Part shown: positions 38,571 through 51,105 of the stretch, one piece after another
Layout of the letters: each line of letters starts with the position of its first letter
How positions within the stretch are numbered: the first letter of the stretch is position 1
Source: Paraspadella gotoi
Taxonomy: Eukaryota; Animalia; Chaetognatha
Length of the DNA stretch: 64,000 bases
NCBI GenBank assembly: GCA_051294375.1
Contig: CM119269.1
Location: forward strand, 7,019,552 to 7,083,551
Direction of reading: 5' to 3'
Notes under the pieces: generated by a model
Told to the model about the DNA's origin: nothing
The model's database searches: none
What the model saw: only the letters and a program-made list of their open reading frames with translations
Program-made: the position numbers and the translations under genes

Positions 38571-41500
38571 GAAAATCCGTATCACTTTATCTTTTTATCG
38601 AGCCATGACCGGCGAAGCCGGTTCAGGCTCTGATTTTGTTTGGGTCAGCTTTTTTTGTGACGTCGTCGTCCGTCGTCGGTCCGTCACGCTTTTTTGTTAA
38701 AAAACTACTACGCTTTTATAGGTTTGGCTGTGACTTACCGGTTTTTTTTAAATAAAAATTATTATGAATTATGATAAAGTTTTACAAAAGTGTGCGATCA
38801 TAGTAAGTTAAAAATTTAGATATGGCTTTTCATCTTGAAATAGCTGTGATATTTTCATATTACATTTGGATTTAAGTATTTTTTGTTTGAATTCCCACTT
38901 CATTATGATTTACTGCAATATGCAAATGAGATTAAAGTACTCATTATAATATCCAAATTAGTATATAGAAATGCTTTAATCTATTTACATATTGCAGTAT
39001 ATAATATTGAAGATGAAATTCAAAAAATTTTTTAAAAAAAATATAATAAAAATGGGAACTCAAAATATCTTTTTAATGAGAAGCTATATCTTAATTTTAA
39101 TACAAATAAAAATAAAATCTTTTACAAGCTGCGATTGGAAAAAATTGGAAAAATTTCCAATTGTAAACAATTGTAACATATTTTTGCCTTTCTTTTATTT
39201 CTTTAAAAATTATATATTGTGGCGGTATATTCACACCGCCTCACGTCCACCATCCGTCAGCCAAATCCTTGGCTCAGAGGGGGAACACACCATCCCAGGC
39301 GTAGTGTTCCATCCACAGTCCTAACGACTTCCCTCTGCGTTGGCAAAGCGAGACCGTCCTAGGGTAACCGCGCCAGTGACTAAAGGCGTCACTGAGGGTC
39401 GGAAGCCCCAAAGCCAACAGTGAGATGCCCCATCCCAATGGGCATCACAGGCAACCCGGCTGTTGCCATAATATATATTTTTTTTCTTTTTAGAAAAAAC
39501 GAGTTCAGTCTCTGCAGTGACTGTACAGCGGCCTTCCAGCAGCAGTCCAGCTTTGTTTCTCTCTGTCTGTCTCTCTCTGTGTCTCTCTCTGTGACTCTCT
39601 TCTGTCTCTCTCTCTCTCTGTGTACGATTTCTTGCTTGATCGTTCGTTTTTTGAAAAAATCTGATTATTTTTTCCTTCTAAAAACTTTTATTATCACCAT
39701 TATCCCAAATTTACATCCAAGATTTTCGTGGATTTATTTTGGAAAAAGTGAAGAATAACTCATACGTCAGAAATTTTATGCTTCTCTCCATCTCTCTCCG
39801 TCTCTAACATGATTGTTATTAAAGAAAAAAAAATATAATAAGCAAATAGCATATTTAACACAGATTTACATTGCCAGAGGAAATCTTTTCATACTTTGTC
39901 CAATGTTGTTGATCGAAAAACCTTTCACAATTTGAATATGCCGGATTGTATGCTATATGCCGATCATTTTTTTATTGACTATTTTTGCCGGTTTATGGTT
40001 TAACTACCAAACAATGTATCTAGTTATCAAGTTCCATTAGTGAGGCAGTGAAGAAGTTGAAATGTGTGTCCATTTTCTTTGTTTCATATCGATTCAAGTA
40101 TTTTTTGTTTGAATTTCCACTTCATTATAATTTACTGCAATATGCTAATTAGATTATAGTACTTACTGCAATATCAAATTAGTATATAGTAAACTATATT
40201 TTAATTTGCATAATGCAGTAAATCATAATAAAGTAGAAATTCAAACAAAAAATATTTGAATCAATATGAAACATGTGATTTTAAAAGTACTTGATGATGA
40301 TGATGATGATTATTACAAATAAAAATATACACTTTTACAACTTTCAATTGAAAAAATTTTAACAATTTTTAATTGTAAACAATTGTAACTTTTTTTGTCT
40401 TTCTTTTATTTTTGGAAAAAAGTTTTAATTAGCAAACTTATAAGGCAATAAAATTTAATTCTATAAAAGATTGAGCAATGGAAAAATGTTTTTTTGCTGC
40501 CTTTGTATATGTAATAAAAAATAATTAAGCCCTTTTTTAAAAAAAATTTGTATAACAGTATCATTAATTGAATTTTTTTTATAGTAATATCCTTATAAAA
40601 TCATAAAATTTCAAAATAATATTTTTTATAATTTTAAGAACAGTTTCGGATTCCGCAGAAAAAACTGAAAAACTTTTGTAAAATATGTTACATGATATTT
40701 TTAGGTTAAAGCTGCGAAAAAAGACCAAAAAGTTTTATCATATAATAGTTTCTACTACAAAGCGTAAAAAAGTAGAGAATTTGACCTTTTTTTCTTATTT
40801 TTGTTGCTGAAGACATTAAAATTTTTAATAATATATTTTATATTTTTGATCTAACTTTTTATAAAGAATCAGAATCTTTAATAAAAATTTAAAAAAAATT
40901 ATTTAAAAAATTTATTATTTTATAAGGATATTTCTATAAATATATTGTAATTAATGATACTGTTCCCCAAACAATATAAGCAAAATATTTTTTGTACTCC
41001 TTAATTATACTATCTCACATCTAAATATCCTTGTTTGTTCACTCAAATAAAATTTATGTTCCCCAGTGCTCCAATCTACTGAGCATGTTCAAAAGAAGAA
41101 AAACCAATTTAGATTTATGAAAATTTATTTTAAAATGTTTTTTTCTTATTTTATGTCTTAGCTATCATCGCATTAATGAATGATTATCATCGAATCAATG
41201 AATGACTATCATCACATCAAGGAATGACTATCATCACATCAGTGAATGACTATCATTGCGTCAATGAATGATTATCATCACGTAAATCATAATAAAGTGC
41301 AAATTCAATCAAAAAATATTTGAATTAATATGAAACATGTGATTTTAAAAGATCTTGATGATGATGATGATGATTAATACAAATAAAAATTTCCAATTAA
41401 AAAATTGTTACAATTTCTAATTATAAACAATTGTAACATTTTTTTTGTCTTTCTTTTATTTTTTTAAATTATAACTCTTTTTGTCAGGCGCTGCCTCTTC

Positions 41501-41890
41501 CGATTCGTCTAAAAACGAGTACAGCTATGCAGCGGCTGGACTTCTCTTTTTTTCTCCGGATTTTTTCTTTAAATTCTTTTGAAAGTAACGTCTGGCGAGA
41601 TCACTATACTTTTAAGATTTTTTCTGCAGAGTTAAGGCAAAAATGCCATTAATTCCACAAAATAATTATCTGTAAAAAAACATTTAGTCTTTTTGCAACC
41701 GTGGGTTTACCCCCAATGCCCCAGTATTATAACTCAGGGGTAAAAAAAAAATCCCATTTGTATGGCTATTGGAATACTGTATCCAAAATCGTATCGAATT
41801 CGGTTCAGTGATTTGGTCATAACCGATTTTCGGTCAGAAAAACTGGGAGAGCATTTTATAATATGAAGAATTCTGAATATAATAAGCTCG
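38571..41890 (+). mobile_element. Second HINE-like/composite repeat (end uncertain)
   Basis: Starts TTTTTATCGAGCC...CCGGCGAAGCCGG...GGCTC with CGTC repeats; a reverse-complement copy ends at ~54630; shares internal blocks with 1-1340. Confidence 0.45.
39219..39470 (+). mobile_element. GC-rich structured SINE-like repeat, full length, independent insertion
   Basis: TATATATT|GTGGCGG...GTTGCCATAA|TATATATT; the empty site is seen in reverse at ~53990-54010. Confidence 0.8.
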
Positions 41891-42399
41891 GCCACGATAT
41901 ACCACAACCATCAAAATTATCTTAACTATCCCATAAATGAGATATTGTAAGGTTTAACATCTTATGACCTGATTTGACAAATTATCACGGGCAGATCGAC
42001 ATCGTTTGCTCGATCAAACTTGTTTGAACAGAGCTTGCTTCGTTTAAACCTCCAATTATTCAGTTTAGATGTTTCGTTTAATTTTAAGTATTTTTTTTGT
42101 GAATAGTTTGTTACTTATACAATAAAGCGTAGCAAAAATATTAAAATCAAGTTTAACCTTAGAATATTTTAAATTTAAAAAAATCTTTTTTATTTTTCCA
42201 TTTTCGCATACGCCCATATATAGTATATATATACACGGTAGGGGAGAGAGGATGTGAAAGAAACAAAAAAGTGCCATCTCTGAAACCTATAAAATCTTAA
42301 AGTATACCCATGAGACACTTTATGTGATAGGTCAGTAAAATTCGATAGAGGCAGGTTTTTTTAAATGCTCATTAAAGTGAAAATGCTTACATTTTTAAT

Positions 42400-42776
42400 A
42401 TATGCGATTTTATTCGAATACAACGAGGTTGATTCAGTACAATCATCATCAACAAACAAACAAACAAAGACAGACTAAGTCTAAGCAAAAAAACATAAAA
42501 TAGAGAGAAAAAAAAACAGTTAATTAAATAAAATTAATTAATTAAAATTTAAACAATTAAAAATTGTTCTTATGTTGTAAAAAATGGAACAAGTTTCTGA
42601 AGAACAGTATTTTTCATTGTATATATCTTTGAGATAAAGGTTTTCTTACGATTATTAAAAATTGTAGATAGGTCGTGGTATCCAAACATACTCCTAAGTT
42701 CTCTCACACTTTCCCATCGATTATATCCAAAAATCTTTCGTACACCATCATTTACAGCAACATTAAGTCTATTCAT
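42400..42776 (-). mobile_element. 5'-truncated LINE (CR1/L2-group-like ORF2 C-terminus and 3' UTR)
   Basis: NRLNVAVNDGVRKIFGYNRWESVRELRSMFGYHDLSTIFNNRKKTF; ends TTGTATTCGAATAAA; ATTAAAA repeats on both flanks; empty site at ~57195-57225. Confidence 0.65.
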
Positions 42777-43098
42777 TTTAATGTCTATACAATATACATC
42801 TATCATTATCTACAGAGCATAAGCTTTAATTTGAGACCTGTATATATACATAGTACTCACCATAAAAAAATGTTAAAATTTTAAAATGTTTTTTTTCTTA
42901 TTTTTGAAAGCAGATTCGAATTCCTAACGAAAAGTTGATAAAAGGAAATATAACACTTTTTAGAAAATTATTTCATTAAGTGGGTCAAAATCCTAAAAAA
43001 CTGTTATCGTTAACTTTGTGGAGGACACTTTACCGAGCCACAGGCCATTCACTTTGGCCGAAGATATTGATGTGAAATGTCCTCCCTCTCTCTCTCTA

Positions 43099-43142
<44 letters not shown>

Positions 43143-44257
43143 TCTCTCTCTCTCTCTCTTTGTACACTTGACCAGTTATTATTATCTTTCCCTCGATTAT
43201 GCTCTAAGGTCATTGTTTACTTCATTGCCAAATATCTTCTGTAAATAGACTCTCAATCCCGCTCATTACAAGTCGCTTATCAATTATTTCTATGTCTCTT
43301 TATTCGTGAGCCCTTCTCGTAAACATGCAACCTTTTCATTCTCAACTCCCACGCTGCGCTGCCCTTCTACTGACCAAGCGCCACTCAAGCTCACAGTCGC
43401 TACCCTTGCAACTGGCCCTTTCATCTACAAAGAGACTCCTTGCGACGAAATATTTTTTCAAATTCGAGATTAGCAAAATGGGGAAAAAAGAATAAAAAAA
43501 CGTCTGCCCTTGAAATTCAAAATGTCGGAGCTCCTTCACCGCCGACAAATAATAATAATAATTCTCTTCCACTCCCAAACTACCAAAAACTCGAGCCGAT
43601 TATCACTGCCATAAACTCAGAAGTCAAGCTGATCTATGCTTGGAAAAGTTGGTTTAATGAACTTGAAAAACTCGGAGAAAAAGACCCCTTTCCCCCTTTT
43701 CCTGAACTTCCAAAGCCTCTCGAAGTTTTGTCATCGTTTCTCACCGCGACCACGCCCATCAAGATGGCTCAACGCAAACTCTGAACCTTTAAGAAAAAGG
43801 GTCATTCAAATCAACTTCAAATAACCCAAAATGGAGTACAAATTCAGAAAGCTGAGCTCCTGGCAATTCAGAAAATGTATTCACTTTAAACATTTGATGC
43901 ATTCTACCCCATTTTATATCGGTTTTAATTATAATCCCTTAGCTAATTACTTATTTATTCACTAGTTAAATGTTAAATTTCACCAATGTTAGTTTTCAAA
44001 CTCCTTATCTTTGTTGTACATTGCAAAAATGTATCTTTATTATTTATTTATCCCTGTTGTTTTGTTTCTCTCTCTCACTCTCTCTCACTCTCTCTCTTTA
44101 ACAAGTTTCACTTCTTTTCACAACTCACTCAATCTGCCCTCACCTTCAACCTGTCCTCACATCTGACCACTATTCTGTCTTACCACTTTGTTGGAAAACT
44201 TTTACCCTCTCTCTCACACTCTTCTTTTGCACAAAATTTATTATTGAATGTCATATG

Positions 44258-44294
44258 CTGATGAAGGCTTGAAGTAAACAAGCCGAAACATGTC
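44258..44294 (+). ncRNA. Minimal type I hammerhead ribozyme
   Basis: CTGATGA a GGCTTG aagtaaa CAAGCC GAAAC ATGTC; 6-bp stem II; stem I weak. Confidence 0.8.
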
Positions 44295-44297
44295 CAA

Positions 44298-44903
44298 TAA
44301 GGCGTAGTGAAAGTTACATACAAAAATTCTAAAAGTCAATTATGAACAACATATTATCATTGAACATTAATTTGTAAAAAATTAATTTTATATTTTTTTA
44401 ATTTTCGCAGTAGGCTATATTTATATATAGTACTATCCTTATAAAATCGAAAATTTCAAAATAGGCTTTCTTATTTTTGATTGCAGATTTGAATTCATCA
44501 AAAGTTGATAAAAGAAAATATAAATCATTTTTAAAAATTCTTTCATTAAGTGGGTTAAAAATAAAAAAACTATATTTAATATATAAAAGTTTAATTTTCA
44601 GTTTAAAATATAGCTTTTTTTAATTTTTGACCCACTTAATGAAGGAATTTTTCAAAAAGAGTTATATTTCTTTTTATCAACTTTTTATGACGAATCCAAA
44701 TCTGCAAAAAAATATTAAAAAAAAACTGTTTTGAAATTTTAACATTTATTGGTTTAGTACTAGTATAAATATGGCCTACTGCGTAAATTGTAAAATTTAT
44801 TATATATTTTTTTATTACATAAATGTTTATGTGTATAATGTTGTTCGTTCTTCACTTTTAGAATTTTAATTAAAGTTAAATTTAGAAATTTTATTACGCC
44901 TTA
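44298..44903. mobile_element. Foldback hAT-like MITE, 8-bp TSD ATGTCCAA
   Basis: ATGTCCAA|TAAGGCGTA...TACGCCTTA|ATGTCCAA; long imperfect inverted arms; relatives end at ~17000, 27493, 46633 and 49494. Confidence 0.85.
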
Positions 44904-47900
44904 ATGTCCAACTATTAATTAAAAATCGTTGTTAAAAATTCAAAATTCTTGAGTTGCAAGTTAAACGAAAAGGCCAATCCATCTGATATTTTTTATGAAT
45001 TTTTTATTACTGAATTAGAAAAATGTAATAGAGAGACATTTTTAAATTTCTTTGAAAATGAAATGTTTTTAAACTTTAACCTGAATTCTTTCTAACTGGA
45101 ACGCGTTTATCAAAATGTCTCTCTATTACATTTTTACAAATGTTTTTAAGATTGCTAATCAAATTTTTAAATCAATATTATTGCAGTCGTTTAGGCCGCA
45201 ACTCTTCAAATTCAGTGTAGATTCATTGTAGCTCAAATTTCTTTACCATCTATTTAACTGAAGATTTTGTTCATGACTGGAAAACCAACGGAGTAACGAG
45301 ATTAATTGTTTAATTCTCCCCTTCTAAATTATCCCTTACCGTGTTTTAACTTCTTACCTAGAATTTTTTAACAACCAGATTGAAAAACAAATCTTTAAAA
45401 ATGTGCTTACCCATTTAAAAAAATGATTGAAAACAGATTTTTTTACATAAATAAAAACTTATTTTTATGTGATTACTAATGACTACAATGTATTTCTCGA
45501 TATATTAGCTCTAATACATCAATGATTACGTATTGTTATGCTGAATGACCTTTCTCTTAAATGAGAAATTCACTCAGACGACACAAATTTGTGCCATACA
45601 GGATTGCAAACAGATCCAGTTTCCAATCCTTCTCCCGACTCGTCTCCTGACCCATCTCCCAACCAATCTCCAAAACCATCTTCTAACCGATCTCCTGACC
45701 TTTCTCCTGATCCATCTCCAAATCTGTCTCCCGATTATCTAAAACTAAACAACAAAGTCGAGATTTTAAAATCCAAGTTTGACGTTCTACGTGAAGAAAT
45801 AAATTCTCTCCCTATAGCCCGCTATGTTCCCCCACACCGCCGAACTTTTCAACCCCAAGTCCAACATACTTCATGGCGTCGCAAAAATCCTGCTCCTCTA
45901 ATTCCACGACTCCTGGACCTCAAGCTCGAGCCCTTAAGTTGTTGGAATTGCAGAATTTCCCGACGCTCGTCTCCAAAAGATTTTCTTCTCCCTCCCAGAC
46001 AAACAGATCAGGTACACCTTCTTCCCGTGGCGTGCCTAGGGGGGGGATGTGTGGAGGACCCTTCACCGAGCCACAGGCCATCCACTTTGGCCGAAAATAT
46101 TGATGTGAAATGTCCTCCCTCTCTCTCTCTCTCTCACTCTCTCTCACTCTCTCTCTTTGAACACTTGACCAGTTATTATTATCTTTCCCTCGATTATGCT
46201 CTAAGGTCATTGTTTACTTCATTGCCAAATATCTTCTGTAAATAGACTCTCGAATCCCTCTCATTACAAGTCGCTTACCAATTATTTCTATGTCTCTTTA
46301 ACTTATAATTTAATTTTATACGTACACGTATAAAAAATATAGTTTTTTAATTTTTAGCTAATTTAATATAATAATTTTTGGATCATCATATTTTATATAA
46401 TATAACTAACTTTTCATGAGAATCTCCGAATCTGCTTTCAAAACCTAAAAATAAAAACTTTTTTCTAAATTTTGACATCTTCCATTGTACAGTATAAATA
46501 ATGGCCGGCATGAAAACATTTAGAAATATCCACAAAACTTTTTTTCTATATATCAAAAAATGTTGTTTAGTACAACACTTTCATATGAACAACTATTAAA
46601 ATTTTGAATCTGCACAACTTTCCACTACCCTTATTATATGTACATATATATGTTCTTTTCGTAATCGCCTATCCACCATTGCATTTTTGCTTTTGTATAT
46701 ACAAATGGCAATCCACAAGTCAACTATAGCACTGGTCCGCTGTTCTGTGCGCCCTAAGACTAATTACCACCTGTATGCAAGACTCAAAAGTTTAATTGCC
46801 AATGTTACACATCACATGGATGTGCGGAAGTTTTAATACCTAATATTTATATTACCATTAGTCCCATTTCTCCTTTCACATCTATACTTTTTTAAAAAAC
46901 TCGCTAAGCGCAAAAGAAGAAAAAAAACAACAAGAACCAGTGTGGATCACTCCGATCCTCGATTCCTTAACGCGCGAATCTTGCGTCGGACGAGACCGAC
47001 TTCAGAAGGACCGTCACGCCTAGTCAATACCATGATCTTTCCCGCATACACAATCTTTTCATTGCCTTCTCTAGTCTGTTTAGTTGACTTCCAAACTTTC
47101 TCAGACTTCCGAAATCGATTCCATTCAATTAGACTTTCTCGGCGAAAGCAATCGGCGAAAATTAGATGACAGAGAAGTTCGCACCTGAACTCATCTTGCC
47201 CATCCGAGCATAATTGTCGTCTTCCGCTAATCAACAACTTTAGGAAGGATAAAATGGCATTATGTATATACCGTATGAACTTTGACTAAATTGTAAGGAG
47301 AAATTCTGTCACAGACCTTGAGTCGATGGTAGCAATAGCTCGCAAGAAGAATACTTAAAAAGCTAAATAAATTTCTGGTTTAAAGCTTTAATCTGTATCC
47401 AGAATCCATCAAAAAATTTTAAGATATCAAAAATGTTTTTTTTTCTTATATATATATTAATAATTTTAATTAGGCTAGTAACTCGACTCAAACGAATACG
47501 ACATTGACAAAAAATAATTACTATCAATATCTAATGCTACATGCATAGATTATTTAATGCCTGTATACTTAGCATTTATATTCTCACCGCCATATGGCTA
47601 TACTATATCTATTTTTTGGAAAACAAAGAGAGCATCAATAATCTTAATAATTCATATGCGAATCCAACTTTCGCTTAACAAAAAGTCACTGCCTCATGAA
47701 GCTCTTTATTGGCTTCAGACTAATTTAGAAGCGTGAAGTGAGCACAAGGGAAATAAACATTTTAACTTAAAATATAATTGTCCTGTATTCAATTCTTAAC
47801 GATCATGATGAACATTATTTCTTGTATTTTTCACATTTTAGAATATTTAAACTTGTCCAAAACCCATTTTTTTATAATGAACGTGGGAAAAGAGTGCAAG

Positions 47901-48584
47901 ACACTTATATTTATATCCCATTAAGCCTTCTTAAATTTTTTAAAAAAATTTCTTGCTCTTTCTACGGATGTGTGTTAATAGAAGAAATATTATGCAAACT
48001 AACCCCTTTAATGACAAGTAAATCACTGGCCAATGTGCAACATCCTCATCGCCACTGTCCAAGTTCACAAAAAAATTTTTTGTATATAAATTTTTAAAAT
48101 TTTTTTCCTTGAATAAATTACTTGGTTTACACTTTCGTACAACCAGACTCAAGATTTTTTTTTGTAGTAAAAACAAAAGTTATTTATATATTCTAGTTGC
48201 CTAAAAATCCTAGCTTAATTTAATCAAATTGCAAAAAATAAAATTTTAAATATATTTTTTCAAAATATCTGACCTATTACAACTATATTGATTGAACCAA
48301 TTATTGTTTATATAGATGTAAATACAAAAACTGGGAAAGACCCTAAATTAAAATGGTAAAAATAATTTAATTATTCAATCTACAAACTAAGTTGTAGTTC
48401 ATGCAAACGTGATGTCGCCGGCGATATCACGCACGAGTCGCAGGTGTGGTTCTAATTGGGTATGCAGACTATCGTCATAATAGCGATATCGCCAAGGGCC
48501 CTGGCGATGTCCGCCAGTCCAACTGGCGGACTCGCCAGTGATAAACCAGTAGCCGCATATAATCAACCGCGCAGCTACACGGGG

Positions 48585-49203
48585 ATCGATCATACGGGCT
48601 CTCTCACCATAACCTAAACCAGACCTCGTTACTCTGTTCTCCCCTAACCTAACCGGGCCCGGCGGCTCTGTACATCTTCGTGCCTAACCCCTAACCTAAC
48701 CGCCTCGACTGCATCAACCAATGGGCCCCTCCCCCAACCATATCCCTAACCGAGCCTCCTGTTCAAATTCCAGCCTCCCCCTAACCACTAACCCAGGCCC
48801 GGCCTCCCGTACACTCTCCGTCCAGCCAACCCTACACCCCTAATGCGTCTTCGATATATCACCCACGGGCCTCTCTCCAATCCTAAACCCTACAACCGGC
48901 CCCCCAAAGGCTTCAAGGTAACAATCTCCGTGCCTCAACCCTAATACCCTAATGTCCCTCGCCAGTACCTCCCTAAAGCCCTAATCCTAACGCCGGGCCC
49001 TCCTGTCATCCGACACCCTCCCTATCCCCTATCCTAAAATTGACAATTAATATTAGCCTAAAAATCAAACTTAATTCAACTAACCCTAAAACTTACTCAA
49101 CCTAGCCCTAAACTAACTCACTAACCATAACTACACCCAACTCAACCCAACGCTACCTAAAACCAACTTCAACCTACCCTCAACATCTCAACCCTAACAC
49201 TAA
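48585..49203 (+). repeat. Degraded copy of the CCCTAA-punctuated satellite
   Basis: Collinear with 59821-60640. Confidence 0.75.
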
Positions 49204-49385
49204 TCTGAGTTAGTTTAGGCAAAATCGCCATAAAACTAAGAACGCTAGATGTACGTTCACAGCTAAAACGCCAAATGGCGGGGCGTCATTGGCTAAGTCA
49301 CGAATTTGGGTCGATTTTCGCACATGACCAAACATCTCCTGCGTTCTAGTCTATCGGCGATTCTCGCCTAAACTAAACTCAGATT
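49202..49385. mobile_element. ~185-bp MITE
   Basis: AATCTGAGTTAGTTTAGGC...GCCTAAACTAAACTCAGATT inverted ends; the left half recurs at 60642-60715. Confidence 0.6.
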
Positions 49386-50550
49386 GTAAAATTTATTATA
49401 AATCTTTTTTTTACACTATAATGTATAATGTGTTCGTTTTCTCAACTTTTAGACTTTTATTTAAAGTTAAATTTAGAAACTTTTACACGGCCTTAGTCCC
49501 GAAAGGTTAGGTACCGGGCTTGGGCATTCGAAACGCAGAATCGGCTTCCTACTCCAATGACACCGGTCATCGACTGAAGGTGTCATGCCCACAGGCGGGG
49601 TGAACTTGGGCACGCCCGACTACAATTTGTGACTACCTTAATCACATGTATTTCTCATATGTCATGACATGACATACAATGACATGACAAGAATACATGA
49701 CTACAATAAACCTCCTTAAGCCCGTGTATTTTGACATGGCACATGCACTCAAAATTCCGTCTTTATTCGCTTTATAGGTATTAGGATTTCCTGAAGGCGA
49801 CGCAAAGCAGTCCCTAAGATTTGAGTTTATTGTTTGTCTTACCAAATGAGCCAACCAACTATAGTGAAATATTGCATTTTTAACGTAAGTGGGACAAACG
49901 ACCGACGGAACAGATATACCGACCGATGAGCCGACCCAAAAGTGACTTATAGAGTTGCTTCGGCGAGTAATCGCGGCGCACTAAAAAAACTACAGACCCA
50001 ACAGGAAGATAAACATTAAACAGTACTTTGACGCGGAAGATTCTCGACAACGACGACGAACGACGAAACGACAAAGAGAGACGGCTACATTGAACGACAC
50101 GAGCTTTCATTCATTTGTTCATAATATTTTCCAGAAAAAGTAAAAAAACAAACACCTAATTTTTTTGTAAATAAGAAAAAAAATATTCAAAATTCATGCA
50201 GACCATTTTCAAAATTTACTATAAAAAAATAATTGAATTCGCTCATTAGCATGAGGAAATGTTCGATAACTAAAATCTTACAAAGCAAATGCTGAACAAA
50301 TTCTAGAAAAATGCAGTAAGAAAGTTTGAATTTTACTCAGATTTGTAATTCTGAAAAAGACAGGTAAGTCCTTCAAAATAAAGTTATAAATTTTTCTGGT
50401 TCTTGGATTGTCTAATAAAAGTTATCTTGTCATAGAATCTTAACTATTGTTAATAATATTTATTTAATACTTTCTCTTTATATTACCTAGCACCGTGGAA
50501 GTACTTTACCTGTATAATATAGTATAATTATACAAAATTTATTTTAAGAA

Positions 50551-51105
50551 ATGCATAAGTCCAGATTTGGATTTGGTTTTTTCTCATCATCCTTTCTCAA
50601 TTTGTCGTGGACTTTTAATCACTGACATCAAAAAACTTGATCGATCTTCAACTTTACAAATATATTTTCTAGAGTTTTTTGGGTTGGATCATTATTTTGG
50701 GATTCAATGACTTTTCACACAATAACATCGGGTATTTTTCGCTCTTATTGTGAATCAATCAGGCACCGAGAGGAATTTCAAGGAATTTGGCTCAGGTTGG
50801 TGGAGCCAAAGTGGTGACCTTACTTTTTGCTCTTCCTTGGGTTTGGATTTTAGTCCGCCAGTCACTTATGATTCATTTTTTGGAATGCAAAAATGGGACG
50901 GGTTATAAATAAAAACAAAAAAACTTATTGGTGCCTTGATATGATTCAATGTCTGGTGAGAAAGCCTATTCCTCAGTCCATAATTCAAGGGGTATTTTAT
51001 TTTCAACGCTTACCCTTGGATGACATGAAGAACAAAAATTTCCTCTTTTTTTAAATTTGAACAAAGAAAAGAAAATTCCTGCAATCATTCGTACAAAGAG
51101 ACTGT
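50551..51105 (+). pseudogene. Second, heavily frameshifted copy of XK-related exon 1 (pseudogene or unpolished allele)
   Basis: Collinear with 32588-33105, including upstream flanks; indels every few tens of bases. Confidence 0.75.

Larger units (their letters stand above)
43936..44950 (+). mobile_element. Penelope-like pLTR fragment nested in the Kolobok element
   Basis: Similar to 35150-35550 and 59020-59440 (CTGACCACT..., TGTTGGAAA..., hammerhead, AAAATCGTTGT); replaces ~25 bp of Kolobok sequence. Confidence 0.7.
43793..45556 (-). mobile_element. Kolobok-like element nested in the LTR element
   Basis: TTAA|GAAAAAGGGTCATTCA...TGAATGACCTTTCTC|TTAA; reverse complement of 29418-30229 with insertions. 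Confidence 0.8.
43017..46300 (+). mobile_element. Non-autonomous LTR retrotransposon (LTRs 43017-43302 and 46050-46300), gag-like remnant only
   Basis: Direct terminal repeats TGTGGAGG...TCTCTTTA; ACTT TSD; polypurine tract AGGGGGGGGA before the 3' LTR; internal ORFs with SPD repeats, RYVPPHRR and CWNC; no RT or integrase. Confidence 0.8.

Noticed and set aside
39219-39285. HDV-like ribozyme at the 5' end of the structured SINE
   Set aside because: Partial P1, P2 and P4 pairings can be drawn, but P3 is mismatched and the P1.1 GG is missing.
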